Positions 8,172 through 17,658 of a stretch of 59,226 nucleotides of DNA are shown here, piece by piece. The stretch's first letter is position 1. The number at the start of each line of letters is the position of its first letter. This DNA comes from Oculatellaceae cyanobacterium bins.114 (GTDB lineage: Bacteria; Cyanobacteriota; Cyanobacteriia; Elainellales; Elainellaceae). The stretch covers positions 1 to 59,226 of the forward strand of contig JANRJA010000249.1 in NCBI GenBank assembly GCA_033764315.1. Direction: 5' to 3'. Made by a program: the position numbers and the translations under genes. A model generated the notes under the pieces. The model was not told where the DNA came from. It searched no databases and saw nothing but the letters and a program-made list of their open reading frames with translations.

Positions 8172-10520
8172 TCACCGCTTTTTGCCAAACTTAGCTTTCA
8201 AATCTTCTAGGGTTGCAGGTTTAGACTCTGGGGGATTTGCGTCAGATTTAGAACGATCTCCTTTCTGCTGAGATTTTGGCTGAGATTTTGGTTGAACAGC
8301 ATTTTTACTCTGAGGCTTGTCTTTTGGGGTAGGAGCCGTAGTTCTTCCGCTTCTGCCATCGTTAGCATCAGGCGATCGCATGGAGAGGCTAATCCGCTTC
8401 AGTTGTTCGTTGACTTCTAACACGCGCACGGTCACGACCTGTCCCACTTTGACAATCTGCTTGGGGTCGCTAACAAATCGATCTGCCAACTGAGAAACAT
8501 GGACCAATCCATCCTGGTGCACCCCAATATCCACAAAGGCACCAAAGTTCGCCACGTTGGTGACAATGCCTTCTAACTCCATACCGATCTGGAGATCGGA
8601 GAGTTCCTTAACTCCTTCCTTAAAGGTGGCATACTTGAACTCTGCACGAGGGTCGCGTCCGGGCTTTTCTAGCTCGGCCAAGATATCACGCAAGGTGGGT
8701 TCACCCACCGTTTCAGTGGTGTATTTTTTTAGATCGCTGGTTTTGACCCGTTCAGGAATCTGGGTAATTTGGGTCAGCGGCACGTTGAGGTCAGTGGCGA
8801 TCGCCTCGACGACTCCATAGCTTTCGGGGTGAACAGCGGTGTTGTCTAAGGGATTTTTGCCATCCCGAATCCGCAAAAACCCTGCCGCTTGTTCAAAGGC
8901 TTTGGGACCCAATTTAGAGACCTTTAGCAGATGGCGGCGATCGCGAAATGCCCCGTTCTCATTGCGATAGGCGACGATGTTATTGGCGATTGAGGGGCTA
9001 ATGCCCGACACAAAAGTGAGTAGTTCTTTAGAAGCCGTGTTGAGATCGATGCCAACGTAGTTAACGCAACTCTCGACCACTTCATCTAGCTTTTTCTTTA
9101 ACAGTTTTTGATCGACATCGTGTTGATATTGCCCCACCCCAATGGACTTAGGATCAATCTTAACTAGCTCGGCTAAGGGGTCTTGCAAACGACGACCAAT
9201 GCTGACGGCTCCCCGCACTGTAATGTCAAAATCAGGAAACTCTGCGATCGCCACCTCACTAGCAGAGTAAATCGAAGCTCCCGATTCGTTGACCATCACC
9301 TTAACGGGTTTGCGATCTAGCGATTGCAACAGTTCCGTGACAAATTCATCGGTTTCTCGTCCGGCGGTGCCATTGCCGATCGCGATCAACTCAATGTGAT
9401 GTTGCTCAATCAGCCGAGTCAGAGTCTGGGCGGCTTGCAGGCGTTGTCCGGCGGCCTGGTGCGGAAAGATTGTTTGATATTCCAAAAACTTCCCAGTCTG
9501 GTCTAATGCAACCACTTTGCACCCTGTGCGAAAGCCCGGATCGATGGCTAGTGTGGGTTTCATGCCTGCGGGAGCCGACAGCAATAATTCTCGCAGGTTG
9601 GTTTCAAAGGTTCTGATCGATTCAATGTCTGCCTCAAGTTTCTTGGCGGCTCGCACTTCATTGATCAGCGAAGTTTTCATCAAGCGGTTAAAGGCATCTT
9701 GCAGCATGGTGCGGTAGAAACTGCGAACCTCAGGTTGGCGAGTGCGAATCTCCTCAGACTCCAGATGAGCCAACACGCTGTCTTCTTCAAAGGTCAGGTC
9801 AAAATTCAATACTCCCTCGGCTTCCCCCCGATAGAGTGCCAGCAGGTTGTGAGCGGCGATCGCCTTGACCTTTGCTTGAAAGTTGCGATACATCTCAAAT
9901 TTGGTGCTGCCCTCTGGGAAGTCAGCCTTGATGGTCGAAGTAAACACCCCCGACTCCATCAAGTAGTCACGCAGATAAGCCCGCAGTTCTGCCCGTTCAG
10001 CGACTTCTTCTGCAAGAATGTCAGATGCCCCTTGCAGAGCTTCGCCAGCCGTTTTAACTCCCTTGTCTTCAGAGCAATATTGGAGGGCTTCCTGTTCTAA
10101 AGAGGCAGCCACCGCTTTGGGTTGATTTAGCGTTTTAATGAATTCTGCTAACGGCTCTAACCCTTTTTCTCGCGCCATCGTGGCTCGTGTGCGGCGTTTG
10201 GGGCGATAGGGCAGATAGAGGTCTTCTAGTTCATTTTTTTGCAAGCAGGCGTCGATTTTTGCCTTCAACTCATCGGTTAGTTTTCCCTGTTGAGCGATCG
10301 CCGAGAGAATGGCTTCCTTGCGCTCCTCTAGCTCAGTCAGGTAGGTGTAGCGATCTGCCAAATCCCGCAATTGAATTTCATTCATTTCACCCGTTCGCTC
10401 TTTGCGATAACGGGCAATAAATGGCACTGTTGCACCTTCTGCAAACAGCTCTAGAGCGTTTTTGACTTGAGCAGGTCTGAGTGCAAGCTCGTCTGCCAGC
10501 AGTTGAGGAATGTTCAACAT
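8172..10520 (-). CDS. tex: Tex-family transcriptional accessory protein (S1 domain)
   Basis: ATVPFIARYRKERTG, IDPGFRTGCK, SIGVGQYQHDV, C-terminal S1 domain. Confidence 0.95.
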   Translation of the reverse strand: MLNIPQLLADELALRPAQVKNALELFAEGATVPFIARYRKERTGEMNEIQLRDLADRYTYLTELEERKEAILSAIAQQGKLTDELKAKIDACLQKNELEDLYLPYRPKRRTRATMAREKGLEPLAEFIKTLNQPKAVAASLEQEALQYCSEDKGVKTAGEALQGASDILAEEVAERAELRAYLRDYLMESGVFTSTIKADFPEGSTKFEMYRNFQAKVKAIAAHNLLALYRGEAEGVLNFDLTFEEDSVLAHLESEEIRTRQPEVRSFYRTMLQDAFNRLMKTSLINEVRAAKKLEADIESIRTFETNLRELLLSAPAGMKPTLAIDPGFRTGCKVVALDQTGKFLEYQTIFPHQAAGQRLQAAQTLTRLIEQHHIELIAIGNGTAGRETDEFVTELLQSLDRKPVKVMVNESGASIYSASEVAIAEFPDFDITVRGAVSIGRRLQDPLAELVKIDPKSIGVGQYQHDVDQKLLKKKLDEVVESCVNYVGIDLNTASKELLTFVSGISPSIANNIVAYRNENGAFRDRRHLLKVSKLGPKAFEQAAGFLRIRDGKNPLDNTAVHPESYGVVEAIATDLNVPLTQITQIPERVKTSDLKKYTTETVGEPTLRDILAELEKPGRDPRAEFKYATFKEGVKELSDLQIGMELEGIVTNVANFGAFVDIGVHQDGLVHVSQLADRFVSDPKQIVKVGQVVTVRVLEVNEQLKRISLSMRSPDANDGRSGRTTAPTPKDKPQSKNAVQPKSQPKSQQKGDRSKSDANPPESKPATLEDLKAKFGKKR

Positions 10521-10584
10521 GAGACTTGGATTCGTTCGTTAGACTGCCCTCTAACTTAACAGATTCGTCAAAATCTGGGATCGC

Positions 10585-10791
10585 TTAGGTCAAAATCACC
10601 GCAATAATGATGGCAGCGATCGCCGCAATAACGGCTCCCACAATGACTCCTGCCGCTACATTGCCCTTGCGAATCTCTTCTCTATAATCAATGGGATCAA
10701 GCAAGTCAAATAGACGCACTCCGCCATATAGCAGAATCACTCCCACAAATGCCCAACCCGCGGTTTCAGCAACTAACTGTAAGATTATCAA
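10585..10791 (-). CDS. DUF350 membrane protein
   Basis: Two TM segments; FDLLDPIDYREEIRKGNVAAG. Confidence 0.8.
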   Translation of the reverse strand: MIILQLVAETAGWAFVGVILLYGGVRLFDLLDPIDYREEIRKGNVAAGVIVGAVIAAIAAIIIAVILT

Positions 10792-11340
10792 AGCAATTTA
10801 CTCTCCCAATCTTTTACTAACGATTCTTTGTCACCCATATTGTTAGAGCTGATTTATCAACCACGGTTTCGATCTTCCCACATCCCTCTGCAAAAAGGAG
10901 ACTTCAGCTTTTTGTTTGGGTTCTTCCTTTTTTAGAGGGCAGAGGGGATCAAGCAATAGTGACCGTGTCAAGGTTTATGATTGACTTCATACATTCGCTC
11001 TAATGACCAACACCGTAAACTCAAGGGCTATTCCTCTGATCCATCAAATTATCTAGCAAAAGATCTGTGATCCGGAGTAGATCTTAATCTTTTGTAAGTA
11101 GCCCGGTGTGATTAAGAGCAAGCCCTTTAGCATAAGATCCTTGATAAAGGCTAAAGGCTCAAAGTCTCCCAAGGTAGCCTTAAAAAGGCGGAGTTAGTCA
11201 GGAGGCGTTAGTTGAATGGGAGTCGAAATGTGTTTACCCATCATTTCGTTGGGTTACTTTAGCGACTTGTTTAGTAACGCCAATTTAACTAATTGTTATA
11301 GGGTCACGCGAGTGTGCAGTGAATAGGTTAAAACTGACTG

Positions 11341-12336
11341 ATGAGAGTGAGCATACAATCGCAAACGACGCATCGCTTTATTGACAGGTGGTACTACATT
11401 ACTGGAGCTATTGCTTTAGTGGTGTTTGTCACTCTGATCGGTTCTGCATTTTTAGGAAAACTGGTAGTCTACACTCAAGTTCAGGTGGAAGAAGGCGAGC
11501 CAGAAGAATTGCCGCCTATCCAGATTCAACCCGAATCAATGGGTGCTCTGAGAGTTGATGTTAGAGCGATCATCGCGCAAAACCGCTGGGTCACTTACGA
11601 GATTCAACTGCAAGATCAACAAGACCAGATTATCGCCAGTGCGATTAAAGATGCCTGGGCTGAGTCGGGCACCTGGTATGAAGAGGGAGAATCGGGCACC
11701 TGGCAAGAACAGGATCTCTTATCAGGGTTGGATATTAAAGCAACGCAACCTGAATTATTGACGATCTCGATTGATGTGTTAGGATACGCCACCTCAACCG
11801 GGGAAGAATTGGATGAACCTGTCACCTTTGAGGTTCAGGTGCGCAATGGGGTGGTGGATACCCGTTATCTCTGGGCAGGCTTTTTGGGAACGGTTGGTAT
11901 GACCCTGTTGGCGGTGATCTCCATTCCATCGATAGGCGATCGCGTCATTTCTAAATGGATTGGAGACAGTGATGTGGGCGATCGCGCTCTGATGGGAGGC
12001 TCTGATCGGTTAGTGCGAGTCGTCGTCAAAATTAAGTCAGATGAGACTTCGCCGCAACAATTAACGGTCAAATTATTGATCAAAGATGCGGATGGAGAAC
12101 AAATTTATGCGCGTGACTATCCCGTTAAACTTCACTTTAGTCGCAGCAAACAACGAGAAGTAACTGGAGCAACCGCCAGTCTATGCCAGTTTTTCATACT
12201 AGAACCTCGCAGTTCCTATGGGTTCTATGTTGAAGTTGTGCCAGATGCTCCGGTTGACAGCACTCACTTGATTGTGCGCGATCGCGCTAAAACCCTGACG
12301 GGTGTTGATGTCATTCACCTCCGGGGAGCGTCATGA
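11341..12336 (+). CDS. Hypothetical membrane protein (2 TM)
   Basis: 331-aa ORF at the head of the operon; WYEEGESGTWQE motif. Confidence 0.7.
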   Translation: MRVSIQSQTTHRFIDRWYYITGAIALVVFVTLIGSAFLGKLVVYTQVQVEEGEPEELPPIQIQPESMGALRVDVRAIIAQNRWVTYEIQLQDQQDQIIASAIKDAWAESGTWYEEGESGTWQEQDLLSGLDIKATQPELLTISIDVLGYATSTGEELDEPVTFEVQVRNGVVDTRYLWAGFLGTVGMTLLAVISIPSIGDRVISKWIGDSDVGDRALMGGSDRLVRVVVKIKSDETSPQQLTVKLLIKDADGEQIYARDYPVKLHFSRSKQREVTGATASLCQFFILEPRSSYGFYVEVVPDAPVDSTHLIVRDRAKTLTGVDVIHLRGAS

Positions 12337-12397
12337 TGACACACAATATGATTCAGAACATCGATAAACTCAAGTGTAGTCTTCTGGATCAGGAGAT

Positions 12398-12634
12398 ATG
12401 CCAATGCTGACTAAATTACTCGCTGCTGCTGCTTTTTTTATTGCATTTAGCACTGTTGTGTTTGCGTTTACACAGCGATCGGCGTTGGTGTTGCGCCAAG
12501 AGCAACAGCCCCACTATTGGGGCAGACATGGCACTGAGTTGTCGGGGCGTTATTACGGCAACAGTTGGCAACCCAGTCCTTTGCGATCGACCTATGGGGC
12601 ATTTCGGGGGGGCGGCCCTGGGACTGGAAAGTGA
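12398..12634 (+). CDS. Small membrane/secreted protein with Gly-rich tail (GGGPGTGK)
   Basis: RBS AGGAG; N-terminal hydrophobic helix; lies within the operon. Confidence 0.7.
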   Translation: MPMLTKLLAAAAFFIAFSTVVFAFTQRSALVLRQEQQPHYWGRHGTELSGRYYGNSWQPSPLRSTYGAFRGGGPGTGK

Positions 12635-12654
12635 TGTCATTATTGGAATAAATC

Positions 12655-14214
12655 ATGGCACTTAACAAACGGCGGGAGCGACACTTGCTGTTGCTGGCGG
12701 CGGCAACCTCCTCAGCCTGTGGATTGGCCGTTGAACTGTTGTTAGGCACCCTCGCCAGCTATCTCGTGGGCAATCAAGCACTCGCCTATGGAGTCGCTGT
12801 AGGGGGGTTCTTAGCCGCTATGGGGATTGGAGCCTACCTGAGCCGCTTTGTCGCTGTTGAAGCCAATCATCCCAATCAACATCACCGTTTACAAACGGCA
12901 TTTGTGCAAATTGAGCTATTGATTGCGCCGTTGAGTGCCTTGTTGCCGTTGGCTCTATTTGCCCTCTTCGTCATGGATGGCCCTTTTTGGATAGGGTTAT
13001 TTTTGGCAACGATCGTGTTAGGCATATTAGCGGGCATGGAAGTGCCTCTGCTCACTCGCCTATTGGAACCCGATGAAGGGATGCGCGAAGCCCTGGCAGG
13101 GGTGCTGGCACTGGATTATTTAGGAGCATTGTTCGGTTCACTCCTGTTTCCGATCGCCCTATTGCCGTTTTTGGGGTTGTTTCCATCGGCGGCACTCATC
13201 GGGGCTTTGCCCGCTTTTGTTGTTTTTATATTTGGACGAGTTGTACCCAGATTGCGCTATTGGGGACGCTGGGGATTGGCGATCGCCCTTGCCTTGTGTG
13301 TGTTTGCGCCTCTGACGTTGCCCTTGAGCGATCGCCTCGAAAATTCTCTTTATGACGCTCCTGTGATCACCCGCATTCAATCCCCCTATCAGCGCATTGT
13401 GCTGACTCGTCAGGGACTCGATGTACGGTTGTTTTTAGATGGAGATTTGCAGTTCTCGACGCTCGATGAATATCGCTATCACGAGGCATTGGTACACCCT
13501 GCGATGAGCATCAACCAGCGTGAACGGAGTCAGGGTAATCCGGGTAAACGTCATGTATTGCTGATGGGCGCAGGGGATGGGATGGCCTTGCGAGAAGTGC
13601 TGAAATGGCAGGATGTAGAGCGGGTGTTGCTGATCGATTTAGACCCTGCTGTTGTCAATCTGGCACGTCGGCATCCATTTTTGGTGAGAGCCAATGCTGC
13701 GGCGTTTGCCGATCCACGGGTCGAGGTGCGCCATGCCGATGCCTTTACCGCCATCCCCGACCTTAACGAAACCTTTGATGTCATCATTGCTGACTTTCCT
13801 GACCCCGATCGCGATGTCATTGCAAAACTCTATGCTCAGGGGTTTTATCGTCAGGTTTTGGCTCATCTCAATCTCACGGGAGTTTTGGTGACTCAAGCCT
13901 CCAGTCCTTTCTTTGCACCTCGTGCCTTTGCTTGTGTTGCGGCTACGTTGGAGTCTCTGCCAATGGTGATCCGTCCTTACACGGTCGATGTTCCGAGTTT
14001 TGGGCCGTGGGGGTTTGTATTGGCAACTCGCACTCCTGTGGCGATCGCCTCTCTCACATTGCCTGTGGCAACTCATTTTTTGACCACAGCTATGTTGCCT
14101 AACCTGTTTCAACTTCCAGGGGATATTCAACTAGGGGGTGTAGAGATTAATCGGCTCTCTCGTCCTGTGATCTTGCGCTATCAAAATGACCCTCGCTGGG
14201 AAGCCTATGACTAA
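12655..14214 (+). CDS. speE: Membrane-fused polyamine aminopropyltransferase (spermidine synthase-like)
   Basis: N-terminal TM helices; LFLDGDLQFS..DEYRYHEALVHPA, GAGDG, DVIIADFPDP, VPSFGPWGF. Confidence 0.88.
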   Translation: MALNKRRERHLLLLAAATSSACGLAVELLLGTLASYLVGNQALAYGVAVGGFLAAMGIGAYLSRFVAVEANHPNQHHRLQTAFVQIELLIAPLSALLPLALFALFVMDGPFWIGLFLATIVLGILAGMEVPLLTRLLEPDEGMREALAGVLALDYLGALFGSLLFPIALLPFLGLFPSAALIGALPAFVVFIFGRVVPRLRYWGRWGLAIALALCVFAPLTLPLSDRLENSLYDAPVITRIQSPYQRIVLTRQGLDVRLFLDGDLQFSTLDEYRYHEALVHPAMSINQRERSQGNPGKRHVLLMGAGDGMALREVLKWQDVERVLLIDLDPAVVNLARRHPFLVRANAAAFADPRVEVRHADAFTAIPDLNETFDVIIADFPDPDRDVIAKLYAQGFYRQVLAHLNLTGVLVTQASSPFFAPRAFACVAATLESLPMVIRPYTVDVPSFGPWGFVLATRTPVAIASLTLPVATHFLTTAMLPNLFQLPGDIQLGGVEINRLSRPVILRYQNDPRWEAYD

Positions 14215-14319
14215 ATTTTTAGGGTGATTCGTCAATCGTTATTTATCCATCGTGATTCATCAATTGTCATTTGATACTTTCACCGTCTTGCCCTCTCACC
14301 TTCTCTATTTTTTATTCTT

Positions 14320-14916
14320 ATGCTGGCACTTGTTTGGATTGGAATTATAGCGATCGCTGTCGTCGCGATTATTTTATTGGTTCGTCAGTCACAAGGAAAA
14401 TCTCTCATCCCCAGTTCGTCTCAAACAGGGTTGCCGTCTCTGCAACGTACTGTGTTTACACTGCAAGCGGGAGATATCGTGCAGTATGAGGGAGCCGATT
14501 GGGTGGTCGAAGGGCAGTTGACTTATAACAGTCATGGCTTTGTTTGGATGGAATATTTATTGCAAGATGCCGATCAGATTCGTTGGTTGTCGGTCGAAGA
14601 GGATGATCAAGTAGAGGTTTGCTGGCTAAAACCTGTCAAAGGGCTGGAAATCAGCCACACTCCGCCGCAACAAATCACCGTTGCCGATGTTGTGTTTCAG
14701 TTAGAGGAATCAGACACCGCTCAGATGACACACCTGGGTGCAACGCTAAATCGACAAGCTCAACAGTGTCGTTACTTTGATTACAGCAGTGCAGATGGGC
14801 AAGTTTTGTCAGTCGAACATTGGGATGGAGAAACTGAAATCACGATGGGACACCAAATTCGTCCCAGTGCTTTGATTCTGCTGCCGGGTGATGGTCGTCA
14901 CGTTTATGACGGGTAA
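14320..14916 (+). CDS. DUF4178-domain protein
   Basis: LQAGDIVQY..W.EYLL..WLSVEEDD; neighbourhood typical of DUF350/SpeE clusters. Confidence 0.8.
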   Translation: MLALVWIGIIAIAVVAIILLVRQSQGKSLIPSSSQTGLPSLQRTVFTLQAGDIVQYEGADWVVEGQLTYNSHGFVWMEYLLQDADQIRWLSVEEDDQVEVCWLKPVKGLEISHTPPQQITVADVVFQLEESDTAQMTHLGATLNRQAQQCRYFDYSSADGQVLSVEHWDGETEITMGHQIRPSALILLPGDGRHVYDG

Positions 14917-14924
14917 TCGGATCC

Positions 14925-16982
14925 TCAGGGAATTACAGGTTTTAAAGCAAGAGTATCGCTATGGGATTTTCCTAAAAGGGCGATCGCCGGATCGTAATAT
15001 TTGCCTTGTTGATGGGTAATGCGAACCGCGTCTGCCAACTGTTGAATCGGAGCATCTTTTAAGCAAAAGGCATCCATGCCAACGGCAAGAGCATCAGCTA
15101 ATAAAGATTGTTGTTCCGGTGTCACCAGCACCAAAATCTTGGAGGGAATGACATAAGAATTGGATTGGATCTTGCGAGCCGAGCGAATGAACTTGACCAG
15201 ATCCATATCAGGCAACGTGCCATCAACGACAGCTACATCTACATCAATGGATTCCAACAACACCAAGCCTGTCTCAGCATTCGTTGCTTCACTAGCCACC
15301 TCAATATCGGGTTGCGATCGCAAACTCACCCGCAAACTAAGTCGAGTTTGTTCATCGGCTTCAACCACGGCCACCTGAATCACATCATGAGAATGATGTT
15401 CTTTAACATAACCATCACCCATCGATAAGTCACTGGGGGCACCACACGCAGAAATCGTACCGATAAAATCGACATCGGCTGAGCTTTGTTTTTTCAGGTG
15501 CGCCATCTGCTCAGGGGTCAAAATTCTAGATTCGTCAAACCCAAACTCGATTTCGGTGTGCAATCCTTTTTGCTTGATCCGACTCAAGTTATAGAAGCGT
15601 TTGTTAAACGTTGTTTTGACGAATGCCCAGAGACACCCCAATAAATAGCGGCGTTTGAAGGGGTCTTTTTCAAACCAGTACTCCAAGAATTTCCAGGAGT
15701 AAAAGCGAGCATAGTTGCGAAGGACTCCTTTTAACACGTCTTCGCGTGTCATGTTGTCGGGTTTGATGATGGGTGTGACGAAGTTGTAGTGAGAATAATC
15801 GCGAATTTCAACTTTGTCTTGTAAATCCTGGAACAATTCAGCAAAGGGCCACGGTGTATACATGTTCCAGTTGGTCATGTCTGCTTGCCAATCCCGCGCC
15901 ATGCGATAGGTTTCCTCAATGGTTTCGGGGGTTTCACTGGGCAGTCCCATGATGAATTGCACTTCTGCTAAAATGCCATTTCCCCGTAGTAATTGAACTG
16001 CTTTTTTGTTGTCAGCGATCGTTGTTTCTTTACGGAAAAGATTCAAGTTAAGCTGTGCAGCTGCTTCTGTTCCCAGAGAAACGTGGACGAGTCCTGCTTG
16101 ACGATACAATGGCAATTCTTTCTCATCGCGTAAAATGTCGGTGACTCGTGTATTAATGCCCCAATGTACACCCAGGTTACGCTCAACCAACTCATGACAC
16201 AGTGCAACAAATCGAGATTTATTAATCGTCGGTTCTTCATCGGCTAAAATAAAGAATCCAATTTTATAGTCTTTGACCAGTTTTTCAATTTCATCGACAA
16301 AGTGTTTGGGCGATCGCGATCGATACTTACGCCAAAACTTCCATTGTGAGCAAAAACGACACCGAAAGGGACATCCTCGTGAGTAATTGGGAACGGCAAC
16401 TCTAGTATTTAAGGGAGTATAAATATATCGATCCCACTCTAATAAACTCCAGTCGGGGGTGAGGGTATTTAAATCTTTGATCGGCGGATGGGCAGGAGTT
16501 GCAACTACTTTTCCGTCGTCTAGAAATGCGATTCCTAAAATGGTGTGGCGATCGCGCTGATCAGTATCATTGGCGATCGCTTGCAGCAAATTTACTGTGA
16601 TTTCTTCCCCTTCTCCCCGAATGATGTAATCGACCCAGGGAGCCTCTCGCAACACGTCTCGATACATATAGGTGGGGTGAATTCCTCCCATGATCGCGAT
16701 CGCATGAGGACACACGGCTTTAACGATTTTTAAGGTCGCTTGTGACTTATAAATCATTGGCGTGATGGCTGTCGCTAACACCACATCGGGTTGATAGGCT
16801 TTGATTTGTGCTGCTAACTCAACATCATTGATATGGTTGCTCATAGCATCAATAAAGCGAACCTCATTGAAGCCTGCTGTTTTTAACGCACCACCGACAT
16901 ACGGTACCCAACTGGGAGGCCAATTTCCTGCAATTTCTGCTCCGCCAGAGTGATAGTTGGGCTGAATCATCAGGATACGCAT
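14925..16982 (-). CDS. bchE: Oxygen-independent Mg-protoporphyrin IX monomethyl ester cyclase (BchE/ChlE) with C-terminal receiver domain
   Basis: MRILMIQPNYHSGGAEIAGNWPP, B12-binding region, CPFRCRFC, ILADEEPT, SLGTEAAAQL; REC-like tail. Confidence 0.9.
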   Translation of the reverse strand: MRILMIQPNYHSGGAEIAGNWPPSWVPYVGGALKTAGFNEVRFIDAMSNHINDVELAAQIKAYQPDVVLATAITPMIYKSQATLKIVKAVCPHAIAIMGGIHPTYMYRDVLREAPWVDYIIRGEGEEITVNLLQAIANDTDQRDRHTILGIAFLDDGKVVATPAHPPIKDLNTLTPDWSLLEWDRYIYTPLNTRVAVPNYSRGCPFRCRFCSQWKFWRKYRSRSPKHFVDEIEKLVKDYKIGFFILADEEPTINKSRFVALCHELVERNLGVHWGINTRVTDILRDEKELPLYRQAGLVHVSLGTEAAAQLNLNLFRKETTIADNKKAVQLLRGNGILAEVQFIMGLPSETPETIEETYRMARDWQADMTNWNMYTPWPFAELFQDLQDKVEIRDYSHYNFVTPIIKPDNMTREDVLKGVLRNYARFYSWKFLEYWFEKDPFKRRYLLGCLWAFVKTTFNKRFYNLSRIKQKGLHTEIEFGFDESRILTPEQMAHLKKQSSADVDFIGTISACGAPSDLSMGDGYVKEHHSHDVIQVAVVEADEQTRLSLRVSLRSQPDIEVASEATNAETGLVLLESIDVDVAVVDGTLPDMDLVKFIRSARKIQSNSYVIPSKILVLVTPEQQSLLADALAVGMDAFCLKDAPIQQLADAVRITHQQGKYYDPAIALLGKSHSDTLALKPVIP

Positions 16983-17399
16983 TGTTTACCTTTCTCCTTT
17001 CCATGCGGTTTGGGTTCAGTGGGCGATCGCACTGATAACATTTATCACCATATAGCGATCAAGCAATAATACAAATAAAATTTCGTTTTCCTTAACAAAA
17101 GGAATCTGAGAGAGTGGAGCTTCAGAGAACAAGTGGAATCGTTTGTGGTAGTACCCTGAAGGAAAGGATCAAGAGTGCAAAATGTTTGCCTTGGCTCTCT
17201 TACCTGTTCGACACTAAAGGCATTTTGTAAAATGTCCTCACGGGGATATTCAATGTGTAATCTAAATTGCTAGAAATGGTATTACTATCGATCTTTTACG
17301 TCTTTGTCATGATAGATTTTTATATTGAGAGATACATAGCTATAGAGTTATGTGATAACATGCGAGATTTTTTTGTTTTTATGTCACCTATGTTTGACC

Positions 17400-17658
17400 T
17401 TTTGAAGTTGCGCGGGTGGATGGCTGTTTTATTGGTGGCTCTTGTTTTTAAGGCGCAAAACCTGATGGGGTAAGGGATAGAGCTTAGTTTATTAAAAATG
17501 CGATCCGCGCGATCGCTCAAAAGCTGATGAGATAGAGGTTTGATGGATATGGAAATGGGCGATCGCTGGATCAAATGTGGCTGGAGGTGCTATACTATTC
17601 GGCATCCGCGCAATCGCACCTTGAAAACTAAATATAGGAAGAGTTTCATACGGTTGCC
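17400..17658 (+). promoter_or_regulatory. CRISPR leader
   Basis: Non-coding; TTGCGCGGGTG/CATCCGCGCAA inverted motifs; CCTTGAAAAC; -10-like TATACT at 17591. Confidence 0.7.
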
